DNA of 26,978 nt from a virus (taxonomy: Duplodnaviria; Caudoviricetes). Below, piece after piece: positions 6,748 to 13,719 of the stretch. The stretch spans positions 1 through 26,978 of IMG/VR virus record IMGVR_UViG_3300037424_000597; one strand, written 5' to 3'. The notes under the pieces were generated by a model. It made no database searches. It had not been told where the DNA came from and saw nothing but the letters and a program-made list of their open reading frames with translations. Within the stretch, counting starts at the first letter, position 1, and every line of letters starts with the position of its first letter. The position numbers were made by a program, and so were the translations under genes.

Positions 6748-7559
6748 TTTCTACCCTCCCATGCTTTTAGTATTGTACTCCAATCCTCACTCCACTCTTT
6801 AGAGAGCACCACCTTAGCAGGCAACTGTCTACTCGTATCCTGAGCATCCCAATATTGAGAAGGTTGAAAGTGAATTACTCGGGTGTCAGAGGTCTCTATG
6901 GTTTGATGCTTGGCAAGACCTATTAAAGCAGCATCAGGAGCTACGACCTTTCGTAAATCCTTTTCTTGCTCTCCTATTGGTAGGTCAATGGTTAGATAGC
7001 CTACTATATCAAAAGCCTCTTTGATTTTACGGTAGGTTGATGTTGCACCACTTCCTACGAAGGATGGGGTGGCCTTTTGGAACTTTCGGGCTTTTATTTC
7101 TACCTCTACCATATTAACATGGCAAGTGCCTACAAGAGGAAGCCCTAAGTTTCCCATGTCTCGAAGCCATCCTATAAACTCCTTGGTGATAATAGCCCAC
7201 CCTTTTCCATGGCCTTTGCCGCCGTCTAGGTCGGAGGGGTAAGCTACTTGCATACGCTTACACTCGTGGGTATAACAGAACTCGTAGATTACATTTAAGA
7301 GGTCAATGCCTATCCAAGAGTAGGGTTTAATATTCTCTCCTTGTTGGAGTGTTTTGAGTAAGTCTTTGCAGTCCATCCAATTCCGAACTTGGACTACATA
7401 GCCAGGTAGAGCTTGACAACCCGAGTCTGGGTCGGTTATAAGGATGTCTGGGATAGAGGCAAGAAAGCTACTCTTACCCATTCCAGACTCAGCCATAATA
7501 AGCCATTTGAAGGCTGTTGGAGAGAGGTTGGGGGATTGTGGTGAGGTTGGGAGTTTCAT
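6744..7559 (-). CDS. AAA_24 / Sak4-like P-loop ATPase (phage recombinase)
   Basis: Walker A AESGMGKSS, ILITDPDSG, Walker B WIGIDLL, 'G.GW', LVGTCH, FDIVGYL; lies with SSB and exonuclease genes. Confidence 0.85.
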   Translation of the reverse strand: MKLPTSPQSPNLSPTAFKWLIMAESGMGKSSFLASIPDILITDPDSGCQALPGYVVQVRNWMDCKDLLKTLQQGENIKPYSWIGIDLLNVIYEFCYTHECKRMQVAYPSDLDGGKGHGKGWAIITKEFIGWLRDMGNLGLPLVGTCHVNMVEVEIKARKFQKATPSFVGSGATSTYRKIKEAFDIVGYLTIDLPIGEQEKDLRKVVAPDAALIGLAKHQTIETSDTRVIHFQPSQYWDAQDTSRQLPAKVVLSKEWSEDWSTILKAWEGRK

Positions 7560-7708
7560 TAGGTTAAACTCTCCTTTAAATACTGTAACAACTCCTGTTT
7601 GGTTTTATACACGTTAGTGGTAATATATTGTGGGTTAGCTGGCCACGAGATTTTTAGGATAAAACCGTTGCTTGCTACTTCTATAGAGAGTATTGTTCCT
7701 GTTTTCAT
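7559..7708 (-). CDS. 49-aa hypothetical protein (below ORF-track cut-off)
   Basis: GGAGG SD; MKTGTILSIEVASNGFILKI...; TAATG overlap with the ATPase start. Confidence 0.65.
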   Translation of the reverse strand: MKTGTILSIEVASNGFILKISWPANPQYITTNVYKTKQELLQYLKESLT

Positions 7709-7767
7709 AGTTCCTCCGGCAGTTCAAAGGAGTTTAGTTTGTTTGTAACTTCTGGATGGTTATCTGT

Positions 7768-7893
7768 CTACAATAGAACACATACAACAACCGACACTAG
7801 GTCGTCAAGAGTTAATAACGCTTTTACTTTGTTATGAAGAGTAGTAAAAACTTCTGAGTTGTCTAAATCATCATAGTAGTCTTGTACTTTCAT
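7768..7893 (-). CDS. 41-aa hypothetical protein (possibly nonsense-truncated)
   Basis: AAGGAG SD; MKVQDYYDDLDN...VVCVLL*; the frame stays open after the TAG up to the TGA at 7705-7707. Confidence 0.5.
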   Translation of the reverse strand: MKVQDYYDDLDNSEVFTTLHNKVKALLTLDDLVSVVVCVLL

Positions 7894-7944
7894 AAAAGCT
7901 CCTTTCTGGTTAAATTATAAACGGTTTAAGAGTAGGCTACAATG

Positions 7945-8922
7945 CTACTTCCTCTCTACTTCTTTCTCCTGGACTTCATAGAAAACAATCATACCATCCT
8001 TGACAGCGAGAATGATTTTACCGTCTTGCATAGTACGGCCTATGACATTCTCTATTGGATACGTATTAAATTCCGAAAGGTTGAAAAGGTCAGTACTGGA
8101 GTTATAGATGTACGGCTCTCCGGTTACCTTGCCTATAATCACATAGCCTTTCTTATGGATGATTGAAGGCTTAGGCACCTCTTTATAAAGCAGAAATGGA
8201 CACTCCCCTGCTTTGTGCCCGTCAGCAAAGCGCAGCGATCCGTCTTTCATCACGGCGCAGCAAAAATCAACAGGCTGGCCGAGGTTGGAGGAATCGTGGC
8301 AGTCCCATTTCGCTCCGTGGAAGAGCTTATGGACCTCTGGTTTGGAGCCTGTTAGGTAGGGAGAGCAGTTGGGAACACCACAGTCCAGCTCCCAACCATG
8401 GCCATTAATAACGGAACTATACCCAGCAGCTTTCCACATTTGCCAGGCCTTTTTAGTAATATCAGCTAAATCTACTTCTTTCACTTCTATGCCTTCCTCC
8501 TTTTCCAACCCGGAGCCGATTTTGGTGATGGTGTAGTCTTGCCACAGGATGTCTTTGGTGTTTATTGAAACCTGATCAGGGCCTTGGTTTGGTAGGAGGT
8601 GCTCGGGTGACCAAAAATCATTCCAACTCAAGGACCGCAGATAGGGGGCTCCGTCTTTCCATACTATCTTTCTACTAACCCCCTTGAAATCAAACTCCGT
8701 CCCTACCGGAAACAAATCCCCCTTCTTCACCTTCGTTCCTACCCGGGATTGGGGTTTCTGGAGTTCACGGGCACGGATGGTTTGATCGGCCCAGGCTTGG
8801 GCTTCAACGATTTGATGGGGTAGAAGCCCTATGACACTTTTCAGACAAAGAAGTGTATAGTCCCCTTTAGTAAAAGCGTGTGTAGGTCCCTTCCAATTAT
8901 CTGAAACGTCTTCCCATTCCAT
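7945..8922 (-). CDS. mosaic hypothetical protein
   Basis: 325-aa ORF with AGGAG SD, patchy GC content and a Cys/His cluster in the C-terminal half. Confidence 0.75.
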   Translation of the reverse strand: MEWEDVSDNWKGPTHAFTKGDYTLLCLKSVIGLLPHQIVEAQAWADQTIRARELQKPQSRVGTKVKKGDLFPVGTEFDFKGVSRKIVWKDGAPYLRSLSWNDFWSPEHLLPNQGPDQVSINTKDILWQDYTITKIGSGLEKEEGIEVKEVDLADITKKAWQMWKAAGYSSVINGHGWELDCGVPNCSPYLTGSKPEVHKLFHGAKWDCHDSSNLGQPVDFCCAVMKDGSLRFADGHKAGECPFLLYKEVPKPSIIHKKGYVIIGKVTGEPYIYNSSTDLFNLSEFNTYPIENVIGRTMQDGKIILAVKDGMIVFYEVQEKEVERK

Positions 8923-8958
8923 AACCTATTCTCCTATCAAATTAGATTAGAGCCTTAA

Positions 8959-9711
8959 TTACTTTCCTTCAAAAGTTATTTGTTTAGTCCTCCCACTTCT
9001 ATAACCTAAGAGCTTAGAGCTGATAAGCTCCATGGTTATACTTATATCCTTAAGAGTAGTAATACACTGCTCAGGGATTCCAAGTTTTAAGCCTTGGTCT
9101 TTGTACCAACTTGGAGAGCAGTAGATGAATTGCCATCCTAAGTCTAACTTTTGTTCTATCAGGCTCCGAGCTCCTTCGAGACCTCCTTGAGTGTCCTGAC
9201 CATCAGTAATTATAATAACTACTACATCAGAAGGACTATTAAGAGCTAAATCTATATCCTTGATAGTAGAGGTTATAGTCTTGTATAATGGAGTTCCACC
9301 CCCACAAGCATAGTCCTTTAGACGGAGCTTCTGAGCGTCACTTAACGGAGTTATCTCTCCTTTTTGAGTGAAGGTAGTTAAGGCGAAGGTATTACTTCCA
9401 AAACCTGTATCTTGAGTAGAGACAAACTTGTTATAAGCTCCTATACTCTGATGTCTGATTATCTTCATGCTACCTGAGTTGTCAAGTATAATAGAGATAT
9501 GAGTTTTAGATTTTTCAAGCTGTTTTAGCTCGTTGTAATATGCATTGACTTCTTGCATTTTCTCTGCGTTTTCTGGATGAAGGTCAGGGTGGTAGAGTTT
9601 AGCAAAAGCTTTGTAAACCATTTTAGCAGCTTCTTTTTTAATGTTAGGTTTAGAAGTCTTAGGAGTAGTAGATTTAGGAGTAATGACTAAGTCCATCTTT
9701 TGATCCTCCAT
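8959..9711 (-). CDS. J-domain (HPD) / von Willebrand factor A fusion protein
   Basis: YKAFAKLYHPDLHPENAEKMQEVNAYY (DnaJ helices II-III), followed by IILDNSGSM (MIDAS DxSxS), GGTPLY and IIITDG. Confidence 0.85.
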   Translation of the reverse strand: MEDQKMDLVITPKSTTPKTSKPNIKKEAAKMVYKAFAKLYHPDLHPENAEKMQEVNAYYNELKQLEKSKTHISIILDNSGSMKIIRHQSIGAYNKFVSTQDTGFGSNTFALTTFTQKGEITPLSDAQKLRLKDYACGGGTPLYKTITSTIKDIDLALNSPSDVVVIIITDGQDTQGGLEGARSLIEQKLDLGWQFIYCSPSWYKDQGLKLGIPEQCITTLKDISITMELISSKLLGYRSGRTKQITFEGK

Positions 9712-9713
9712 GG

Positions 9714-9998
9714 TTATACCTTTGTTTGTCTTAAAATCAGCTTTCTTTTAATTTTGATCGCTGGTTTATGTTTATATCCCATAGCTTTTAGTTGTTCTCT
9801 TACATAATTTTTACTCTTTCCAAGTACAAATGATGCTATAAACCAAGTGGGTATTCCCATTAGTTTTAAGGTATAAACATGAATAGTTTCAAGTGCTGGA
9901 CACACTTTTGGAGGTATAAATGTTCTTGGAATAGGCAAAACTCTTGCCTTGGAACTTGCTATTATCTCTGCCAATACCTCTGGACTTGTTTTACTCAT
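9714..9998 (-). CDS. basic hypothetical protein, possible HTH
   Basis: LKLMGIPTWFIASFVLGKSKNYVREQL resembles a helix-turn-helix. Confidence 0.6.
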   Translation of the reverse strand: MSKTSPEVLAEIIASSKARVLPIPRTFIPPKVCPALETIHVYTLKLMGIPTWFIASFVLGKSKNYVREQLKAMGYKHKPAIKIKRKLILRQTKV

Positions 9999-10297
9999 TA
10001 TAGCTCCTCCAAGGCCCTTCTCGCCTCGGCCATTACATCCAAGTCTATATGCTTATCCTGTCTTGGCGCCTTTCTAACCTTTTTAAAGAAGTCCTCATAA
10101 AGAGTGATCTTCTTAGTTATAGTCTTACCTGAGTTCTTTCTCCAATCTAAGACTTGGAGTTCTAAGGTTAATGATTCAAGCTCGGCACTTATGGCTAGTT
10201 GGAATTGAAGTAGTTCCTCATGACGCTCTTTAAGGAGTTGGGTGTAGGCACATTTGTCGTAGTCTAATAGAGCTGAGTAGGTATAAGATGGGATCAT
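9998..10297 (-). CDS. hypothetical coiled-coil protein
   Basis: Operon-packed with TAATG overlap. Confidence 0.65.
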   Translation of the reverse strand: MIPSYTYSALLDYDKCAYTQLLKERHEELLQFQLAISAELESLTLELQVLDWRKNSGKTITKKITLYEDFFKKVRKAPRQDKHIDLDVMAEARRALEEL

Positions 10298-10300
10298 GGG

Positions 10301-10399
10301 TTAGTCCTTATACTCAAGTGGTAAAACTTCCATAGCTACTTTCCAACCTATTCCCTCTTTAGCTTCTGGTATTCTAAAGGATGAGTATTCTAGGTACAT
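10301..10399 (-). CDS. 32-aa microprotein
   Basis: AAGGAG SD; MYLEYSSFRIPEAKEGIGWKVAMEVLPLEYKD*; fills an operon gap. Confidence 0.45.
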   Translation of the reverse strand: MYLEYSSFRIPEAKEGIGWKVAMEVLPLEYKD

Positions 10400-10417
10400 A
10401 AGAAGACTCCTTTCTTG

Positions 10418-10750
10418 TTAGGGGGTGGAGGGCTTCTTAGGCATACCAAGCCCGTCTGTAATACAGTTTATAAAGACTCCTTGATTATATAGTCTAAGTA
10501 GCTTATCTAACTTCTTCAACCTTCCTGATATTCCTCCTTTCACTTCATTCCAGTGTAATGTTTGATGACAGGATTGACACAATGTTTGAGTGTTGGTTTC
10601 ATCATTATTTGTCCAGTCGCCATCTTTGTGATGGACACTTAGAGCATTTCGTTTTATTCCTTCTTCTATTCCACAGATTTCACAACAATCCTTTCTAAAC
10701 TCTACTGCTGCTTCTTGAAAGGCTTTAGGTCTATATGGTTTCTTACTCAT
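10418..10750 (-). CDS. HNH endonuclease
   Basis: CEICG ... LSVHHKDGDWTNNDETNTQTLCQSCH motif. Confidence 0.9.
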   Translation of the reverse strand: MSKKPYRPKAFQEAAVEFRKDCCEICGIEEGIKRNALSVHHKDGDWTNNDETNTQTLCQSCHQTLHWNEVKGGISGRLKKLDKLLRLYNQGVFINCITDGLGMPKKPSTP

Positions 10751-10928
10751 TAGTTTCTATTTTACCACTAAGAATATTATTTAGCTTAGTAATATTTACA
10801 TATACTCTTCCTCCAAGTCTTTCAAATATATCTTGGTGTGTTTTTCCATTTGCGCTCCATTTATATAAAGTTGACTTACTAACTATTAAACCATCTGCTT
10901 TGGATAATCTAACTAATAGGTCTTCCAT
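10743..10928 (-). CDS. excisionase/AlpA-like winged-HTH DNA-binding protein
   Basis: 61 aa with VSKSTLYKW ... FERLGGRVYVN; first gene of the leftward operon. Confidence 0.7.
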   Translation of the reverse strand: MEDLLVRLSKADGLIVSKSTLYKWSANGKTHQDIFERLGGRVYVNITKLNNILSGKIETNE

Positions 10929-11049
10929 TTTTCCTTTCCTTTGTTATAGTGGTCTTTCCAAACTTAGTAGTTTACTGTTTTATGTTTTAGAAACAATAAT
11001 AATTTCTCCTATCCTGGCACATGGGCCGCTTATAAGTGATATTCTTTAA

Positions 11050-11065
11050 TGCAATGTTTGGGCCA
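11050..11065 (-). promoter_or_regulatory. sigma54-type -24/-12 promoter candidate (leftward)
   Basis: Minus strand TGGCCCAAACATTGCA = GG-N10-GC with TTGCA, about 120 nt upstream of the first leftward gene. Confidence 0.55.
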
Positions 11066-11167
11066 TTTTGGAAGATTTTGAGAAATTAATCATAAGTTAT
11101 TGGAATTATTTAGAAAATAAGACAAGTTGGAGTAGGTTAGAGGACTTGAGAGTAGAGTACTTGATTT

Positions 11168-11271
11168 TGGGGAGAAATGTTCCAGGTGATGGGGTAAAAC
11201 ACCCCATTTTAAGTTATTGGATTTATTGCAGATTTTGGATTTACGTCTATGGCATGGGGAGAAATGTTCCA
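11168..11271. repeat. 17-bp exact direct repeat TGGGGAGAAATGTTCCA (11168-11184 and 11255-11271)
   Basis: Seen directly; the copies start 87 bp apart, between divergent operons. Confidence 0.85.
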
Positions 11272-11297
11272 TCAATCTTCCTTTTTTAACCAAAATC

Positions 11298-11326
11298 ATT
11301 ATAACATATCTCGGCGCATGGGCCAA
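11298..11326 (-). promoter_or_regulatory. sigma70-type promoter candidate (leftward)
   Basis: TTGGCC-N17-TATAAT with an extended -10 TGn. Confidence 0.55.
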
Positions 11327-11346
11327 GGAAATAATTTTACCAATAA

Positions 11347-11359
11347 AATCAACCATTTA
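11347..11359 (+). promoter_or_regulatory. IHF consensus site
   Basis: AATCAACCATTTA matches WATCAANNNNTTR exactly, about 50 bp upstream of the -24 element at 11406. Confidence 0.5.
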
Positions 11360-11404
11360 AGACCAAAATTATATTTTATTATTTTCCTCTAAAAAGTAGC
11401 TATT

Positions 11405-11420
11405 TGGCATATATAGTGCT
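11405..11420 (+). promoter_or_regulatory. sigma54-type -24/-12 promoter candidate (rightward)
   Basis: TGGCATATATAGTGCT = GG-N10-GC, 46 nt before the ATG at 11467. Confidence 0.55.
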
Positions 11421-11466
11421 ATATACATAGGTAGAAATAAACCAAAACTTAAAGGAGACTTAAAAC

Positions 11467-11898
11467 ATGAGTGAAGCCGTAGAGATTAAGAAGAAAACCA
11501 AACCGAGCGCAGGAACTAAGGTTACTTTTAAGGTTGCTCAGTACGTTCCTGGTATGGAGAAAGACCCAGAGTTTGAAGGTGTAAGTTTTGCCCGGGCCAT
11601 TCCTCCGGGGATGAAAGCGGCAGGGGACCAGAAACCCATCAATGGGCTGCGCCAGGGGCTGATGGCTGATAAGTGCAAGGCTTATGGGGTGAAACCCCTG
11701 GGTGCGGCAAGTGCGCCGGCTGGTGGCATTACGGCGAAGGTCAAGGCATGGGTCGAGGCTGTTGCCACAGCCCAAAAAGAGGCGGGCCAGAAAATTGACG
11801 CCGCTATTATCATCCGGCTCACCAAAACCAAGCACGGCACGGAGCTAACCCCGGAGCAAGTTAAGGAAATCCTGGTGGAAGCTAAGATGGTGAAGTAA
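11467..11898 (+). CDS. Lys/Ala-rich basic hypothetical protein
   Basis: AAGGAG SD; 143 aa; first gene of the short rightward operon. Confidence 0.8.
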   Translation: MSEAVEIKKKTKPSAGTKVTFKVAQYVPGMEKDPEFEGVSFARAIPPGMKAAGDQKPINGLRQGLMADKCKAYGVKPLGAASAPAGGITAKVKAWVEAVATAQKEAGQKIDAAIIIRLTKTKHGTELTPEQVKEILVEAKMVK

Positions 11899-11910
11899 AG
11901 GCTGGAGTTG

Positions 11911-11982
11911 TATTTGGTTCTTTTAACAGCCCCTTGGAAAAAGTTAGACAATATTCCAAGGGGAGATTAAGGGAACTAAATA
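11911..11982 (+). other. long intergenic RNA hairpin (RNase III-site-like)
   Basis: 16-bp lower stem (11911-11926/11967-11982, 3 GU pairs), 3x3 internal loop, 10-bp upper stem CCCCTTGGAA/TTCCAAGGGG; no U tract follows. Confidence 0.65.
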
Positions 11983-11998
11983 AAAGGCAGGTGATTCT

Positions 11999-12112
11999 AT
12001 GCAAAACCTCTTACAAATCTTAACTCTAATCGGATATGGTGTAATTATGGGAGTAGGCATGGGCCTTAGTTTATGGATAATGCAGGCAATAGGAGTGATA
12101 ATAGGAGGTTAG
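11999..12112 (+). CDS. 37-aa hydrophobic membrane peptide (below ORF-track cut-off)
   Basis: MQNLLQILTLIGYGVIMGVGMGLSLWIMQAIGVIIGG*; AGGTGA SD; ends 3 nt before the next gene. Confidence 0.6.
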   Translation: MQNLLQILTLIGYGVIMGVGMGLSLWIMQAIGVIIGG

Positions 12113-12115
12113 CTC

Positions 12116-12334
12116 ATGAAAACACAAGGCGGTTTAATTTATCAGAAAGATGGAAAGCAATTTGTTAAAATCGCCAGAAATGAAAAGATAAGGTCTGGTG
12201 CTATGCATTCTTGGTGTGGTGGAGAATTACAACCTATTATGCACGATGAAACAATAGGTCAAACTCCTGATGATTTCTCGGATGAAAGAGAGTTCTTTAA
12301 TCCTTGGAATCCGTACTCTTATAAGGAGCAATAA
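12116..12334 (+). CDS. hypothetical protein
   Basis: AGGAGGT SD; operon-packed. Confidence 0.75.
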   Translation: MKTQGGLIYQKDGKQFVKIARNEKIRSGAMHSWCGGELQPIMHDETIGQTPDDFSDEREFFNPWNPYSYKEQ

Positions 12335-12336
12335 AG

Positions 12337-12570
12337 ATGCTAAAACACACCTGGTTCCAACGCACTTTGTCTAAGGCAACTCCTTTACAAAAGGATATAG
12401 CAACTAAGCAGTTTAACGCCTTGTGGATCGAGTATCATCAAGCCACAGAGCATATTCGCCAGCTATGGCAGGATAGGAAGATAGGAGTTACTCAGTATAG
12501 GGAAGCAACAAAGAGTAAGTTCCGGGAGTTGAGGCAGGAGCTTAGGGCGAGATTGGAGGTGGTGATATGA
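12337..12570 (+). CDS. hypothetical helical protein
   Basis: AAGGAG SD; ATGA overlap with the next gene. Confidence 0.75.
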   Translation: MLKHTWFQRTLSKATPLQKDIATKQFNALWIEYHQATEHIRQLWQDRKIGVTQYREATKSKFRELRQELRARLEVVI

Positions 12571-12779
12571 GTTATACAACTAAGGATTTTCGTAAAAAGA
12601 AAGAGTTAAAAGACGCTCTTTCTAATGGTGAAGTAGTTACTTGCTATAATCCTGGTCTTGGCCCTGATTTATCTAACTACTCAGGAGTAGTCTATCTTGA
12701 AGGCCCGCATTATCCCAAATCTCATACTTGGTATGCTCAAGGTATTATGGAGCATGGGAGGTTGGTCAAGGTTAAATAA
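12567..12779 (+). CDS. conserved-looking phage hypothetical protein
   Basis: GGAGG SD; KKELKDAL..GE.V...NPG ... LEGPHYP..H.WYA motif, recalled from other phage hypothetical proteins and not verified. Confidence 0.75.
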   Translation: MSYTTKDFRKKKELKDALSNGEVVTCYNPGLGPDLSNYSGVVYLEGPHYPKSHTWYAQGIMEHGRLVKVK

Positions 12780-12798
12780 GGTTGGTAAGATACCCCCC

Positions 12799-12833
12799 AG
12801 GAGCTATAGTCCCTCTATAGCTCCTTTTCTTTT
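12799..12833 (+). terminator. intrinsic terminator between convergent genes
   Basis: Perfect 11-bp stem AGGAGCTATAG/CTATAGCTCCT, 5-nt loop, followed by TTTCTTTT. Confidence 0.85.
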
Positions 12834-12843
12834 GGGGTTAGTT

Positions 12844-13533
12844 CTAACTTTTGCTCTTTACAAAACTTTCTAACAACTCCTCATGCTTTGCTACTCTCTT
12901 AAGTTCTTTATTAGAATTTTCTTCTACCATTTCCTTTCTTGGCCTGCCTCTTTTACCACTTCTTACTAACCCCTTGCTTTCTTCTTTAGCTCTCCGTGCT
13001 GCTATGGTATTCTCCCTTGCTTGCTTAGTATTGACTATTTCATTTATAATATTACTATGCTTATAGCCATATATTTCATAGTAGAATCTTCCTTCCATCT
13101 CCTTTAAGTATCTTTGTATATCTTCAGTGAAATAAAACCAGCCATTTTGCTTTGCATCTCTCTTAAACCTTTGATGGAAGTCTTGGATTAGTTCTTCCTC
13201 ATTATATCTTTGATTCTTGTTGTTGGGTATATATAACATAGTTAAATCAAACCCCTGTGCTTTCTTTATATAACTAAGCCTTTGACTTGGGGCTAATGCC
13301 TCACCTATTCTTATTAACACTAATCCCTCAGTAAAGATAAAATACACTCCACTATGGAACTTCTCTTTGTTCTTCTTTGCTTCGAGCCTTGTTTCTTCTT
13401 TTATTAACTCTCTAAGTCTTGCCTGTGCTGCTTTCTTCTCCTCTTTTCTTTCCTCTTGAGTTTTGATAATAGCACTTTCTCCATATAACTCTTTTAGCTG
13501 CTTTACTCCCTTGCTCTCAGCCTCTTTGTCCAT
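12844..13533 (-). CDS. T5orf172/MUG113-type GIY-YIG domain protein with C-terminal AT-hook
   Basis: GVYFI....LIRIG.A..P..RL ... E....FH.RF ... GWF pattern; KRGRPRK AT-hook; AAGGAG SD. Confidence 0.7.
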   Translation of the reverse strand: MDKEAESKGVKQLKELYGESAIIKTQEERKEEKKAAQARLRELIKEETRLEAKKNKEKFHSGVYFIFTEGLVLIRIGEALAPSQRLSYIKKAQGFDLTMLYIPNNKNQRYNEEELIQDFHQRFKRDAKQNGWFYFTEDIQRYLKEMEGRFYYEIYGYKHSNIINEIVNTKQARENTIAARRAKEESKGLVRSGKRGRPRKEMVEENSNKELKRVAKHEELLESFVKSKS

Positions 13534-13574
13534 AACTTAGCTCCTTTTTGTTTAAAAATTTTAACTGTTTACTT

Positions 13575-13603
13575 ATTTTACCATATATTTCAAGGGTTTT
13601 CAA
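13575..13603 (-). promoter_or_regulatory. sigma70-type promoter candidate
   Basis: TTGAAA-N17-TAAAAT with a TGn extension, about 40 nt upstream of ATG 13533. Confidence 0.55.
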
Positions 13604-13636
13604 GTAGTTTTTAGGGAAAAATTAAATATCCCCCTA

Positions 13637-13652
13637 TGCAATCCCCGTGCCA
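13637..13652 (-). promoter_or_regulatory. sigma54-type -24/-12 promoter candidate
   Basis: Minus strand TGGCACGGGGATTGCA is a full match to TGGCACG-N4-TTGCW and faces the 13533 gene. Confidence 0.65.
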
Positions 13653-13719
13653 AGATTACATGGGGAACCATCTTAAAACTCCCTATCCTCCACTCTTACA
13701 CTTTTGTTACCTTTCCCCT

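Noticed and set aside
6744-7559. ATPase as the sigma54 enhancer-binding activator
   Set aside because: No GAFTGA loop or HTH; the motifs fit AAA_24/Sak4.
10743-10928. Xis-like gene as proof of an integrated prophage or att site
   Set aside because: No integrase, tRNA or host genes in the window, so lifestyle cannot be determined here.
11068-11356. ORFs 11068..11289 (+) and 11090..11356 (-)
   Set aside because: No convincing SD or motifs; they overlie promoters and repeats of a divergent control region.
11449-11951. Antisense ORFs here and similar shadow ORFs elsewhere (e.g. 689..919, 14678..15076, 23877..24245)
   Set aside because: They lie opposite better-supported genes and lack SD sequences or recognisable motifs.
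12267-12295. Second CTGATGA...GAAA hammerhead-like core
   Set aside because: It lies within a coding region, has no convincing stem II and leaves no room for stem III and a cleavage triplet.
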